Below are positions 29,775 to 39,858 of a DNA stretch of 64,000 nucleotides, in pieces. Made by a program: the position numbers and the translations under genes. How positions within the stretch are numbered: position 1 is the first letter of the stretch; each line of letters opens with the position of its first letter. The notes beneath the pieces were generated by a model. The model worked only from the letters and a program-made list of their open reading frames with translations, was not told the DNA's origin and did not search any database. The DNA comes from an uncultured delta proteobacterium (GTDB taxonomy: Bacteria > Bdellovibrionota > FAC87 > UBA2466): contig CAVZSV010000004.1 in assembly GCA_963778115.1 (NCBI GenBank), positions 1,472,001 through 1,536,000 on the forward strand, given 5' to 3'.

Positions 29775-29974
29775 CAATCCCCCTTTTTTTGGAATGGGTA
29801 AGTGGAATGAAAGAAAACAGTTGCTAATATTTTAACATAAACCCAAATGACTAAACGTTCCAAAGGGGCAAATCCAAATTGCGTACAGCTATGGTATCAT
29901 TAGGGCGATTTCCCTTTTTACAACTAACTCCCAAGACTAAGTCATATAACGCCGAACTTTTCAGGAGAAGTCAC

Positions 29975-30454
29975 GTGCCCTCTGTAGCCCAAAAAGAGGA
30001 TCCCACTAATGACACTTGTGAACCCATTGAGCGAATCTTTTGCGGAGAGAAACTGGCAGCCGTAATTATTCGATCGTCACTCCCCAGGGAGGGATATAAT
30101 TTTGTCACCGAAAATGACCACTCCCTTCAAGTGGGAATTAATCATTACGAAAAAGGCTCTGAGATACAGCCCCACTACCATCTTCCGCTTCCCCGAGCAC
30201 TTACTGACACCCAAGAGTTTCTCCATATTGATTCCGGAAAATGCCTATTGACCCTTTTTGACGATCAGCAACTGGCCTTTTTTGAAACTTTGCTTATGCA
30301 CGGTGACTCCGTCGTCCTTATTTCGGGCGGCCATGGTCTAAAGCTTCTCGAACCCACTCGAATTATCGAAGTAAAGCAAGGTCCCTATTTAGGTCCCACC
30401 AAAGACAAAGCCATCTTTCAGGGTAAACCGAATGCAAACAAAATTACCCGTTAG
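29975..30454 (+). CDS. Cupin-fold protein (WbuC-like) of sugar-nucleotide clusters
   Basis: QPHYH, QEFL, GGHG, IEVKQGPY; AGGAG before GTG 29975. Confidence 0.75.
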   Translation: MPSVAQKEDPTNDTCEPIERIFCGEKLAAVIIRSSLPREGYNFVTENDHSLQVGINHYEKGSEIQPHYHLPLPRALTDTQEFLHIDSGKCLLTLFDDQQLAFFETLLMHGDSVVLISGGHGLKLLEPTRIIEVKQGPYLGPTKDKAIFQGKPNANKITR

Positions 30455-31553
30455 TCGCCCGTTCTTCGCGGGCAATGAGGAGAGGTATGTTTCCCAGGCC
30501 CTCGCTTCCCGATGGATCTCTTCTTCCGGAGAATTTATTGAACGCTTCGAATCAAGCTTCTCAACATTTGTAGAATGCCGGGAAGGGGTCGCTTGCTCCA
30601 ATGGAACCTGTGCGGTGCATCTCGCGTTAGTATCTGCGGGAATCAAAGCCGGAGATAGAGTAGTGGTTCCTACCTTCACGATGATGGCGTCGATCTTTCC
30701 GATTGTCCAGCTAGGAGCCATTCCCGTTTTCGTCGACTGCGATAAAGAGACCTGGACGATGGATGCTTCGAAACTTTCCCTGATCGAAGGACCTGTTCAT
30801 GCCGTGCTCCCGGTCCATATTTACGGACATCCTTGCGATATGGATCCCATTCTAGAATGGGCCAAAGCTAGAAAAGCCATCGTAATCGAGGACGCCGCCG
30901 AAGCTCACGGCGCTACCTATAAAGGAAAGAAAGTCGGATCCCTGGGAGATCTCTCAGCGTTCTCTTTCTACGCAAATAAGATCATCACTTGCGGCGAAGG
31001 AGGAATGGTCACCACAAACCGAAAAGATTTAGCGGAACGAGCACGATACTTTAGAAATCTCTGTTTCGATCTGGATCCCAATAAGCGGTTTATCCATCAA
31101 GACGTTGGCTACAATTTTAGAATGACCAATGTGCAAGCCGCGATTGGACTCGCCCAAACGGAACACGCCACAGAGTTAGTCAAGCGACGCCAAGAGATGG
31201 CTCGCAAATACCAACAGCGGCTATCTATCCTGGAGAATAAGCTACAACTACCCGCTGAAAAGGATTGGGCAACGAATGTTTTCTGGATGTTTGGAGTAGT
31301 GCTTCGTCCAGAAACCGGATTGGATGCCGTAACCGTCAGTAGACGACTTAGAGAAGCCGGAGTCGAAACGCGACGTTTTTTCTGTCCGGCACATCTTCAG
31401 CCATCCTTGAAATCACTACTAGAGGAAGAGGCTATTTCCGCTCCCGTAAGCGAATCGCTCTGGGAGAGAGGATTTTATCTCCCCTCTTCTAGCGATCTCA
31501 GCGACGCTGAGGCTGACCATGTTTTTAATTCTTTGAAAAAAATATTAGAATAA
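30432..31553 (+). CDS. DegT/DnrJ aminotransferase, GDP-perosamine synthase-like
   Basis: WISSSG, EDAAEAHGA, SFYANKIITCGEGG, GYNFRMTNVQAAIG. Confidence 0.9.
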   Translation: MQTKLPVSRPFFAGNEERYVSQALASRWISSSGEFIERFESSFSTFVECREGVACSNGTCAVHLALVSAGIKAGDRVVVPTFTMMASIFPIVQLGAIPVFVDCDKETWTMDASKLSLIEGPVHAVLPVHIYGHPCDMDPILEWAKARKAIVIEDAAEAHGATYKGKKVGSLGDLSAFSFYANKIITCGEGGMVTTNRKDLAERARYFRNLCFDLDPNKRFIHQDVGYNFRMTNVQAAIGLAQTEHATELVKRRQEMARKYQQRLSILENKLQLPAEKDWATNVFWMFGVVLRPETGLDAVTVSRRLREAGVETRRFFCPAHLQPSLKSLLEEEAISAPVSESLWERGFYLPSSSDLSDAEADHVFNSLKKILE

Positions 31554-31566
31554 AGGCTCGCAAACC

Positions 31567-32799
31567 CTAATTCTGCGTGCTCAAGAGTTTTTGGAAATCG
31601 GGAAGAACTTTTGAAAACTGATATTCATAATTTAATTCTGTGCGATAAAACTTTAATGCTTCCTTTTTCATCGCCTCGTTGTTAGCACCCTCTTCGATCG
31701 CCTTGCCAATGGATTGCACAATGCTCTCTACCGAATATTTATCGATATAATAGCCGACAGGGTAAGTTTCCAAAAAGGCTCTGGCGTCCGCCTGAGGGCC
31801 CAAAATGATGGGGACCCCCGAAGCTATAGACTCCATGCACTTATTGGAAGCGGTAGTCGCGAATTTCATTCGAAGTTCTTCGCTCCCATAGACGCAATAA
31901 CTAATATCGGCGTTTCTTAGCAAGCGCCATTTATCGGAGCGATACCCAATCATTAAAACGCGATCGCTCACCGATAGTGAATTTACTTTGTCTTTTAGCT
32001 CCTCGATATAAGAGCCGTCTCCCCAGCCCGCGATTACAAAAAATAGATTTTTTATTTTCGCCGTAGCTTCTATGGCTTCCTCCAGATAATTATGCCTCCC
32101 CACCCCTCCCAAATAGAGAAGGACTTTTGCAGATTCGGGCACCCCCCATTCCTTGCGAAGGTTAGGATCAATACCCTGCGGACCCATTAAGCGGGGACAG
32201 TTATAAACGACAAATCTCCGTGCCATTGTCGGATATTTTTCGGCGTAATACTCTCCACGTTGCTGCTGGGGGAAAATGACGAAAACCGCCTTGGTAAGAA
32301 TGGTCCTCTCTGCTTTTAAGAAAAGACGTACGAGAGGGGAGCATTTTGGGGGATCATAAATCTCGTGAGCATGTACGACGTAGGGAGTTCCGTAAATCCT
32401 ATGGCACCAAAGTGCCATCGTTTGCTCCATAACGTCGTGGGCAATCAAAAATTGAGGGCGACCGTCCCGAATGTAGAACGACATTAAGCGTAAGAAAGAT
32501 GCCCCAAAGAGCAACGACGAACGAAGGAGCGAAGGAATCCACTTTAGCCAGGGATCCGCGACGGAAATTCTCTCAATCGTCGGATCAACCACCTGCCCGG
32601 GATCCAGTCTTATGTTTCCAAATTCATAAACGAGTATGGGAAATCCATGCTCTTTGAGCAGCTGGGTCTCGTATAGCGCCGGAGGAATTCGTTCCAATCG
32701 ATTGAAACGAAGCACCAATACCCGGCCCCCTATCGAGGATCTTTTTTTTTCTTTCGCCAAACGTTCAATCCTGACTCTCTGCCGAGATGGATCCGGCAT
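31567..32799 (-). CDS. GT4 family glycosyltransferase
   Basis: HAHE, YLGGV, SNKCMESIASGVPI. Confidence 0.85.
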   Translation of the reverse strand: MPDPSRQRVRIERLAKEKKRSSIGGRVLVLRFNRLERIPPALYETQLLKEHGFPILVYEFGNIRLDPGQVVDPTIERISVADPWLKWIPSLLRSSLLFGASFLRLMSFYIRDGRPQFLIAHDVMEQTMALWCHRIYGTPYVVHAHEIYDPPKCSPLVRLFLKAERTILTKAVFVIFPQQQRGEYYAEKYPTMARRFVVYNCPRLMGPQGIDPNLRKEWGVPESAKVLLYLGGVGRHNYLEEAIEATAKIKNLFFVIAGWGDGSYIEELKDKVNSLSVSDRVLMIGYRSDKWRLLRNADISYCVYGSEELRMKFATTASNKCMESIASGVPIILGPQADARAFLETYPVGYYIDKYSVESIVQSIGKAIEEGANNEAMKKEALKFYRTELNYEYQFSKVLPDFQKLLSTQN

Positions 32800-32884
32800 T
32801 CAGATATTCGCAATCTTTGGGATCCAGTTTGAGGTTATTATAAACGAAAGGTCTATGAAAAATGGAAAAAGAAGCAAGAGCCCC

Positions 32885-34606
32885 TTAGGGTTCGGCTAGC
32901 ACGGTACTCTGCCGGGAATACTGACCCTTCTTTAGCAGGCTGCTAACCTGAACAGCGCGTTGAAATTCTCGATAGTCCGAAAATGCGGTTCGAGCATGTC
33001 GATCAAAAGCATCAATTCCATCCGGACCAATGCTCTGTAAGGGAACGCCTTCATCCCACAGATAAAGAAGACTCTTGCAGATGGACGGCCACAAACTTTC
33101 GTCTCGTTCCTCTATCGCATGTCTAAGCAGGGGCATTCCCTGGATACCTAAATGTCTAAGCGCCAGCACCGCGTGAGTTTTAACCTCCAAGTGGGGACTC
33201 TTAAGAGCCTCCTCCAAAAGAGGCAATGCGTCTCGGACAGCAAGCATGCCGGCCGTCCGGGCGGCACCACTGGCCACCATATTATGTTCCGAGGTTACTC
33301 CGCGGGCGTCCGCAGCTAATTTCTCTTGAATCAAGTCCTTCAGATCCCATTCGCGCAGACTTCGAAAAAAATCCGCATCTCCGCCTAATCCCACTTTTCG
33401 ATAAGTCGCAATAATCTGCTGGCGTGCGGCTTCGTTCTGATCATCCAGTAAGTAAGCGCGGCGAATCCTATCAAACGCAGATCCCCTGGCTCCCGCTTTG
33501 TGCATTAGCTCCTGGTTTCCCAATTCAAATTCACTCTGAGACTCTTTGGTAAAATCGAAAAGATCCGCTGCGGAAAGTAATGTCTCCCTCTCCTCAGGCC
33601 AACCTCGAGTCTTCAAGCGTTTTGCGACCTCGACCAATTTTAAGGCGTTTACGGTTCCATACCCGTTCAGATGGGAATCTTGAAGGGCATTTGCCGTTTT
33701 GAGAACCGTTCCCAATAAGAGACGCTTTAATTCTGACGAATTTGCACCGGGTATAATAGAAAGTACATTCGCTAGTGCTCCGGTCAGAAGATTGGCCGCG
33801 GCACTAGTCTCCGCGAAGATATCGTAAGCGGCCGCTCCCTTTCTTGTCTTGATCCAAAAGTCGGCGGGAGCCCATAGGAGACTGCCTTCTTGAGAGGTCA
33901 GGGTCGCAAATCCCATGGGACCGACGCTCCCCACTCTAAAAACTTTTCCCTCAAGGAATGCGCGATCGGGGTAATCATTTCCCGCCGAGCTCACCACGAT
34001 GAAATGCTCAGCCAATCTTTTAAGGTAATTGCCCGCCTCCGGAGTCACCGGAGAGAGAGAAACATTGACCAACCAGGGGCGAGCCCTTTCAAAGATATCG
34101 CTTACATGTTTAAAATCAGAATCGCGTTGCAAAGTCGCCAAAGCCACGATGCGGGCCCTAACCGCAACGCCCACAGGGTGAGCGCCGTTGATCAAATTTA
34201 CGGACCCCGTTCCATGCGCCCCTCCCGCACGCTTGCGCCTGGACTCGCTGTCGTCCTTGGCCAAGAACTCACTTACGGCATCTTCAGAGTAGGCTCCGGT
34301 AAAATACTCGGGAAAAAATGCCCAATCGGCGACACCGACAGGAACCTCGGTCACATCTTTCCAATCGTTGAGTGCTCCCGGAATGAGATCGCTTCCAATA
34401 ACTCGTTGGGCCCAAAAGGGATGGAGCTTTGCTCCCCCAGAGCCGGCAAGCGAGATCGGCTCTTGACCATAAAAGGGAATTTCACTGGTAGGCTCGATAC
34501 CCCACGATCTTTTTTCCACGCTCCCAAACCAGAACAAGACAGCAAAAAGCCAAAGCATTGAAAAACAGCCAATGCAGGGTCCGGCCGCCGCGCACTTCGT
34601 CTTCAT
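32885..34606 (-). CDS. Exported divergent S8 peptidase with C-terminal HEAT-like repeats
   Basis: VGVAD, HGTGS, SAGND, ETSAA, GYGTVNAL; ALPLLEEALKSP..VKTHAVLAL repeats. Confidence 0.75.
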   Translation of the reverse strand: MKTKCAAAGPCIGCFSMLWLFAVLFWFGSVEKRSWGIEPTSEIPFYGQEPISLAGSGGAKLHPFWAQRVIGSDLIPGALNDWKDVTEVPVGVADWAFFPEYFTGAYSEDAVSEFLAKDDSESRRKRAGGAHGTGSVNLINGAHPVGVAVRARIVALATLQRDSDFKHVSDIFERARPWLVNVSLSPVTPEAGNYLKRLAEHFIVVSSAGNDYPDRAFLEGKVFRVGSVGPMGFATLTSQEGSLLWAPADFWIKTRKGAAAYDIFAETSAAANLLTGALANVLSIIPGANSSELKRLLLGTVLKTANALQDSHLNGYGTVNALKLVEVAKRLKTRGWPEERETLLSAADLFDFTKESQSEFELGNQELMHKAGARGSAFDRIRRAYLLDDQNEAARQQIIATYRKVGLGGDADFFRSLREWDLKDLIQEKLAADARGVTSEHNMVASGAARTAGMLAVRDALPLLEEALKSPHLEVKTHAVLALRHLGIQGMPLLRHAIEERDESLWPSICKSLLYLWDEGVPLQSIGPDGIDAFDRHARTAFSDYREFQRAVQVSSLLKKGQYSRQSTVLAEP

Positions 34607-34669
34607 TAGATCCTTCTAACATCTACCGATAGAAAATGCGCGAGACTCCTTTCAAGCGCAAACCGAGAT

Positions 34670-35752
34670 CTAGCGCGGCTTTTGAGGCTTTTGAGGCTGT
34701 TGTTGGGTTAGGCAGTGGAAAGCTCCTAGTCCCCAAATTAGTTCCCGGCAGCTAATCGGAATAATCTTCCGCGTTGGAAAGCATTTGGCTACCACCCGAG
34801 TTGCTTCCTCATCCGCGGGATCGTCATAGACAGGAACCACAACCGACTCGTTGGTGATGTAAAAGTTCGCATAGCTGGCGGGAAGTCTTAAATCCTCCCG
34901 ATCGATTCGACGGGGCATCGGCAACTCGACCACGTTCAAGGGAGTGCCGTCTTGAAGTTTCATCGTCTTTAATTTTTCTAGATTCTCTTTCAATGGCACG
35001 TAATTCCTATCCGCCTTGTCGTGCTCCACCACGGTGAGCACCGTGGTTCGATTCACGAATCGGCTTAGATCATCGATATGGCCATCGGTATCGTCTCCTT
35101 CGATACCATCCCCCAGCCACAAGATCTGAGCGACGCCTAAGTAGTCCCGTAGAAAGTTTTCGATCTCCGCTTTGCTAAACTGGGGATTGCGATTGGGGTT
35201 AAGCAAGCACGATTCGGTGGTAAGTAAAGTTCCGTCTCCGTTCCCCTCGATGGAGCCTCCCTCCAGAATAAGTTCGGGCTTCCACAAGGGAAGTTCAAAA
35301 GCTTGCGCAATTTTGGTGGGGACCTCGTCGTCATCTTCGTAAGGGGGATATTTTCCGCCCCAGGCGTTGTACCGCCAGTCGATGACAGCCAAATTACTCT
35401 TGGGATCAGTGGATGTCTTGGTCAGAAAGATGGGCCCGTGATCACGGCACCAAGGTTCATTAGTGACGACATGGAAAAAGCGGGCTTTATGGGGAAAGTC
35501 GTCACCAAAATACGACCTTACTGTCTTTTCCTCGCTACGATCTCTCACATTGATATTAAGCGTCTCCGACGCCGCGATGGCACGAGCCATGGCGACTAAA
35601 GTGGGAACCACCCGATCGTAGGAATCAGGAAAACTAATCCCCTCGGGATGGGGCCACGAGATCCAAGTCCCTTCATGGGGTTCCCATTCCGCGGGCCAGC
35701 GGTAGCCAAGAGCGGCCGGAGATGTCGAAGGTATTGTCTTTAATCTATCCAT
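34670..35752 (-). CDS. aguA: Agmatine deiminase
   Basis: PAEWEPH, WCRDHGP, EGGSI, DDTDGHID, ASYANF, GAFHCLTQQQP. Confidence 0.96.
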   Translation of the reverse strand: MDRLKTIPSTSPAALGYRWPAEWEPHEGTWISWPHPEGISFPDSYDRVVPTLVAMARAIAASETLNINVRDRSEEKTVRSYFGDDFPHKARFFHVVTNEPWCRDHGPIFLTKTSTDPKSNLAVIDWRYNAWGGKYPPYEDDDEVPTKIAQAFELPLWKPELILEGGSIEGNGDGTLLTTESCLLNPNRNPQFSKAEIENFLRDYLGVAQILWLGDGIEGDDTDGHIDDLSRFVNRTTVLTVVEHDKADRNYVPLKENLEKLKTMKLQDGTPLNVVELPMPRRIDREDLRLPASYANFYITNESVVVPVYDDPADEEATRVVAKCFPTRKIIPISCRELIWGLGAFHCLTQQQPQKPQKPR

Positions 35753-36627
35753 CTTTTGGTAAGATCTTGATAGGCATCGATTCTACGATCGCGCAGGAAA
35801 GGCCAGTGGGTCCGTTGTTCTTCCAACGTTTTCGTGTCCACGTCGACAAGTAAGACCTCTTCTTTGTCACTAGAGGCCCGGCTCAAAATTTGTCCCGAAG
35901 GCGCCACACAGAAACTCTGGCCCCAAAAATCTATTCCCTCTCCACCGGCGGGATCTTCGTGGCCGATGCGGTTGGGAACCGCAACGTAAACTCCATTTGC
36001 AATGGCATGAGATCGTTGGATGGTTTCCCAAGCGTCATGTTGAGATTTTCCAAACTTGGCCTTTTCCGAGGGATGCCAGCCTATTGCTGTGGGATAAAAA
36101 AGGATCTCGGCCCCCGCGAGAGCGGTAAGTCTGGCGGCCTCCGGGTACCACTGATCCCAGCATATACATACGCCTATCTTTGCGAACTTCGTGGAAAACG
36201 TCTGGAAACCCAAATCGCCCGGTGCAAAATAAAATTTCTCGTAATAGAGCGGATCGTCCGGAATATGCATCTTGCGGTACTTGCCTACCAAGCTCCCATC
36301 CGCATCCAAAATAACCGCGGTATTGTGAAAGACGCCCGCACTTCTTCTTTCGAAGAGACTTCCAATGACTACCACCTGGTGGCGACGGGCCACTTGCGAG
36401 AGCTTTTCTGTCGTCGGCCCCGGGATAGGCTCGGCCAGAGAAAAATACTTGTGGTCTTCGCTCTGGCAAAAATATTGGGAAGTAAACAGTTCGGGCAAAC
36501 AAATAATATTCGCCCCCTCTTTGGCGGCCCGCTCCACCAAAGCAATTCCCCGCGATACATTATCGGCTGCTTCGGCAGAACAAGACATCTGGACGAGAGC
36601 TAAACGAGTTTTTGTAGCTTGCGACAT
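35740..36627 (-). CDS. aguB: N-carbamoylputrescine amidase (nitrilase superfamily)
   Basis: LPELF..YFCQ, YRKMHIPDDP.YYEKFYF, ICWDQWYPE, WPFLRDRR. Confidence 0.93.
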   Translation of the reverse strand: MSQATKTRLALVQMSCSAEAADNVSRGIALVERAAKEGANIICLPELFTSQYFCQSEDHKYFSLAEPIPGPTTEKLSQVARRHQVVVIGSLFERRSAGVFHNTAVILDADGSLVGKYRKMHIPDDPLYYEKFYFAPGDLGFQTFSTKFAKIGVCICWDQWYPEAARLTALAGAEILFYPTAIGWHPSEKAKFGKSQHDAWETIQRSHAIANGVYVAVPNRIGHEDPAGGEGIDFWGQSFCVAPSGQILSRASSDKEEVLLVDVDTKTLEEQRTHWPFLRDRRIDAYQDLTKRWID

Positions 36628-36678
36628 TCGTTACCTTTTAGATCACTTTGCCTGGGGCGGAAAGTGGAAAGAAGACCG

Positions 36679-37389
36679 CTAAGCCGCCTCTAACACATCT
36701 AAGATGCCGTGACACGACGAGACCGTAGCAACCGCCACTCGACGTGCTCCGGAACCCAGGGCCTGATTCATTCGCTCCCATTCCCCATAGATGTTACTCA
36801 TCGGGATCGTCCCGACTCCGTGACTATGATGGTGGCAGACGAAAATGCCAACATCGTCCACACAATGCTTGTCTCGATCCGACGCTATGAGATTGCTAAC
36901 GGTGTCTTTCATCTCCCAACCTCGAGTATCTTTGGTCAAAGGACACAACATCGGTTCGATGCAATTTACCGGACAAAGACCTGGCGCGTGGCTAAGAACT
37001 AAAGTCCCTTGGCCAATGACCTTGGCATAAGGCAAGGAGGGAATGGGCCCTTGATAAGGAACTTGTCGCCACGTCTTGCCGCTAATAGGCAGCGTCTGTC
37101 TCATCAGCCAGTGAAACAGAATGTGAGGACCGATAGGAGTGGGAACCCACATATCATTTCGCCACCTCACGCGATTTGCCCAGGCCTGTACTCCAAAATC
37201 CAGCCAATCCGAAACGACCAGGCGCGCCCCCTCAACTTTTCCCAGCTCTTTAGCAACGGCACATGAAGCGTCCTTATCAACCACCACGATCTCGTCGACT
37301 TTTAGCTTCTCTTTTTGACGCGCCCGGTCCAACTGCCGGACATAATAGCTTCCATAACAGCCTCCTCCAGCTATAAAATAACGCGACAT
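36679..37389 (-). CDS. Uncharacterised protein with Rossmann-like N-terminus and Cys/His clusters
   Basis: IAGGGCYG..VVVD; CPVNCIEPMLCP; CHHHSHG; SSCHG; GGAG before ATG 37389. Confidence 0.8.
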   Translation of the reverse strand: MSRYFIAGGGCYGSYYVRQLDRARQKEKLKVDEIVVVDKDASCAVAKELGKVEGARLVVSDWLDFGVQAWANRVRWRNDMWVPTPIGPHILFHWLMRQTLPISGKTWRQVPYQGPIPSLPYAKVIGQGTLVLSHAPGLCPVNCIEPMLCPLTKDTRGWEMKDTVSNLIASDRDKHCVDDVGIFVCHHHSHGVGTIPMSNIYGEWERMNQALGSGARRVAVATVSSCHGILDVLEAA

Positions 37390-37471
37390 ATCACTCTCCG
37401 CTCTTTCCTTTGGCGGCAATTCTAGCCTTTTCCCTTACTAATTCCGATAAGAGATCACGAAAGTCTAAGCA

Positions 37472-38077
37472 ATGTGGCGCTCCGATAAACATAGAAAATG
37501 GGTCGTTGAAGGTACCCGCTTCACCCTTACCGTGATAGCTAGCAGCCTTCTTGCGATCTGGCTTCCTCATCAGTGGCGAAATCTCGTTAGAGCCCTCGAG
37601 CGTGCGAATCGGTCGGAAGCTTCCTCGTCAGCTCCCGGAGAAAACAACCAGAGTTTGCTTCCCGCCGAAGCTCGCAGACCAGTCCCTGTCGGCAAGATGG
37701 AAGACCTCTATCGGAAACATCTCGAAGAGATCTTCCGAACTCTGGAAGCGCGCCAATCGGTAAAAATTATCCGCATGCGCCTGCCGGTCTCCATCCTCAA
37801 GTATCAGCAAAACGCCGCGAATCCAAAAAACGAAAAAGGCGTTCTTTTGCAGGGCGTTTCGTTTCAGGTCCCCATCGCCGCAGTGCCTATCTCGGCCAAG
37901 AGTTTCTTAGAACAGATGCTGGTTACCTATATTGATCCTCAAAAGCTACCTAGCGAATATATTCCTGAACAGATGCTCCCCTTTAAGGAAGCGCTGATCG
38001 GAAACTTTGTCCTCGTTCCGGATTTAACGGGGGACAATGCCGCCTACTTCTCGTTTGATAGCAAAGATGATGAGTAG
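37472..38077 (+). CDS. Hypothetical membrane-anchored protein
   Basis: One N-terminal TM helix; only long ORF in the gap. Confidence 0.7.
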   Translation: MWRSDKHRKWVVEGTRFTLTVIASSLLAIWLPHQWRNLVRALERANRSEASSSAPGENNQSLLPAEARRPVPVGKMEDLYRKHLEEIFRTLEARQSVKIIRMRLPVSILKYQQNAANPKNEKGVLLQGVSFQVPIAAVPISAKSFLEQMLVTYIDPQKLPSEYIPEQMLPFKEALIGNFVLVPDLTGDNAAYFSFDSKDDE

Positions 38078-38221
38078 GCCTTAGGGCCAAACTGCCACCA
38101 CTTCAACACGCCGATTTGGTTCTAATTACCGAACCCTAACCTTGCTTAGCCTCAAGACCGGCTGGCTCCACATTTGCAATATTCTATACCGGTGGTACAA
38201 GGAATTGGGGAGGTTGGGGGA

Positions 38222-39844
38222 ATGATATCATTATTCAACAAAGCTTTTAGTGTCCTACTGGCAATCGTCTTTAGCGTGTCTGTGTCCGCACAGCAGGCGG
38301 TTTCGGCGAGCGCTCCGCCGCAGGTCTTAAATTGGGGCAATGGAGCCGAGCCCAAAGATCTCGACCCCCACATCGTCACCGGCGTGCCCGAGTTTGAAAT
38401 CTTGCAAAACCTTTTTGAAGGCCTCGTGGGTAAAGACCCCAGGACGCTAAAACCCATCCCGGGGGCCGCCGAGAGCTGGAAAATCTCCAAGGACGGCAAG
38501 ACCTACACCTTTAAGATCCGGAGTAACGCGGTATGGAGTGATGGAACTCCAGTGACCGCTAACGACTTTGTTTACTCTTGGACACGCTTGCTAGAGCCTA
38601 AGACCGCCAGCGAATATGCGTATCAAGGCTACTACTTTAAAAATGGAGAAGCTTACAATACGGGCAAACTAAAAGATGCCTCTCAACTAGGCTTCAAAGC
38701 CACCGATAAGAGAACCCTGGTCGTCTCTTTAGAACACCCCGTTCCTTTTTTCTTAAGCCTTCTCTATCACCACTCTCTTTATCCGGTCCCCAAACAGGCG
38801 ATCGAGAAATACGGCGCCCGTTGGACTCGGCCGGAAAATATGGTTAGCAACGGTGCGTTCGTCTTGGCCGATTGGGAGATGAATAAAGTCATCAAGCTTA
38901 AAAAGAACCTAAAGTACTGGGACGCAGGTAAAGTCGCTTTGACCGACGTCAACGTCTATCCGACCGAGAACTTGGACACCGAAGAGAAAATGTTCCGCAC
39001 CAATGAACTGCAGGTAACCAACGAAGTTCCTCTGGAGAAACTGCCGTTTTGGCAAAAGGATAAATCAGGTGTCTTCCAAAGTTATCCCTACTTGGGAACC
39101 TACTTCTACCGTCTTAACGTGACCAAGGCACCTTTGAACGACAAACGAGTCCGCAAAGCGCTAAATCTCGCCATCAACCGAGACGAATTGATTAAGTATG
39201 TGACGAAGGGAAACCAATTGGCCGCAACCGCATTCACCCCGCCCAATACGGCAGGTTATACGCCCATTCCGCGACTACCTTCCGATCTTAGTCGGTTGGA
39301 CGAAGCCAAAAAACTGCTGGCCGAAGCGGGCTATCCGGGTGGAAAGGGAATGCCGTCCATCGAAATTCTTTACAATACTCACGAAGGCCACAAAAAGATC
39401 GCGGAAGCCGTCCAACAAATGCTTAAGCAAAACCTAGGCATCAATGTCACGCTGCTCAATCAGGAATGGAAAGTCTATCTCGATAGCCAAAGAACCTTGA
39501 GCTATCAGATAGCCCGCGCCGGCTGGATTGGTGACTACAACGATCCTAATACGTTCTTGGATATGTTCTTAACGGGCGGCGGAAACAACGAAACCGGCTG
39601 GTCCAATAAGACCTACGACACTCTGATTGGACAAGCGGCTCAAGAATTAAATCCCAAGAAACGTCTAGCCATCTTTCAAAAGGCCGAGGACATCCTCTTG
39701 GACGAACTTCCTGTGCTACCCATCTACATCTACAAGCGTAACTTCTTGAAGAGCCGGTCGGTAGTGGGGTGGTATCCTAATATTGAAGATATCCACCCGC
39801 TTAAGTTCGTTAGCATTGAGAGGCCCTCTGTTGCGGTGAAGTAG
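38222..39844 (+). CDS. oppA: Oligopeptide ABC transporter binding protein (copy 1)
   Basis: EPKDLDP, LFEGLV, PGAAESW, WSDG.PVTA.DF, RAGWIGDYNDP; Sec signal; GGAGG RBS. Confidence 0.95.
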   Translation: MISLFNKAFSVLLAIVFSVSVSAQQAVSASAPPQVLNWGNGAEPKDLDPHIVTGVPEFEILQNLFEGLVGKDPRTLKPIPGAAESWKISKDGKTYTFKIRSNAVWSDGTPVTANDFVYSWTRLLEPKTASEYAYQGYYFKNGEAYNTGKLKDASQLGFKATDKRTLVVSLEHPVPFFLSLLYHHSLYPVPKQAIEKYGARWTRPENMVSNGAFVLADWEMNKVIKLKKNLKYWDAGKVALTDVNVYPTENLDTEEKMFRTNELQVTNEVPLEKLPFWQKDKSGVFQSYPYLGTYFYRLNVTKAPLNDKRVRKALNLAINRDELIKYVTKGNQLAATAFTPPNTAGYTPIPRLPSDLSRLDEAKKLLAEAGYPGGKGMPSIEILYNTHEGHKKIAEAVQQMLKQNLGINVTLLNQEWKVYLDSQRTLSYQIARAGWIGDYNDPNTFLDMFLTGGGNNETGWSNKTYDTLIGQAAQELNPKKRLAIFQKAEDILLDELPVLPIYIYKRNFLKSRSVVGWYPNIEDIHPLKFVSIERPSVAVK

Positions 39845-39858
39845 ACCAAAATGCTCAG

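Noticed and set aside
33890..36603. Long antisense ORFs (33890-34561 and 35890-36603)
   Set aside because: They lie opposite well-supported genes and show no recognisable motifs
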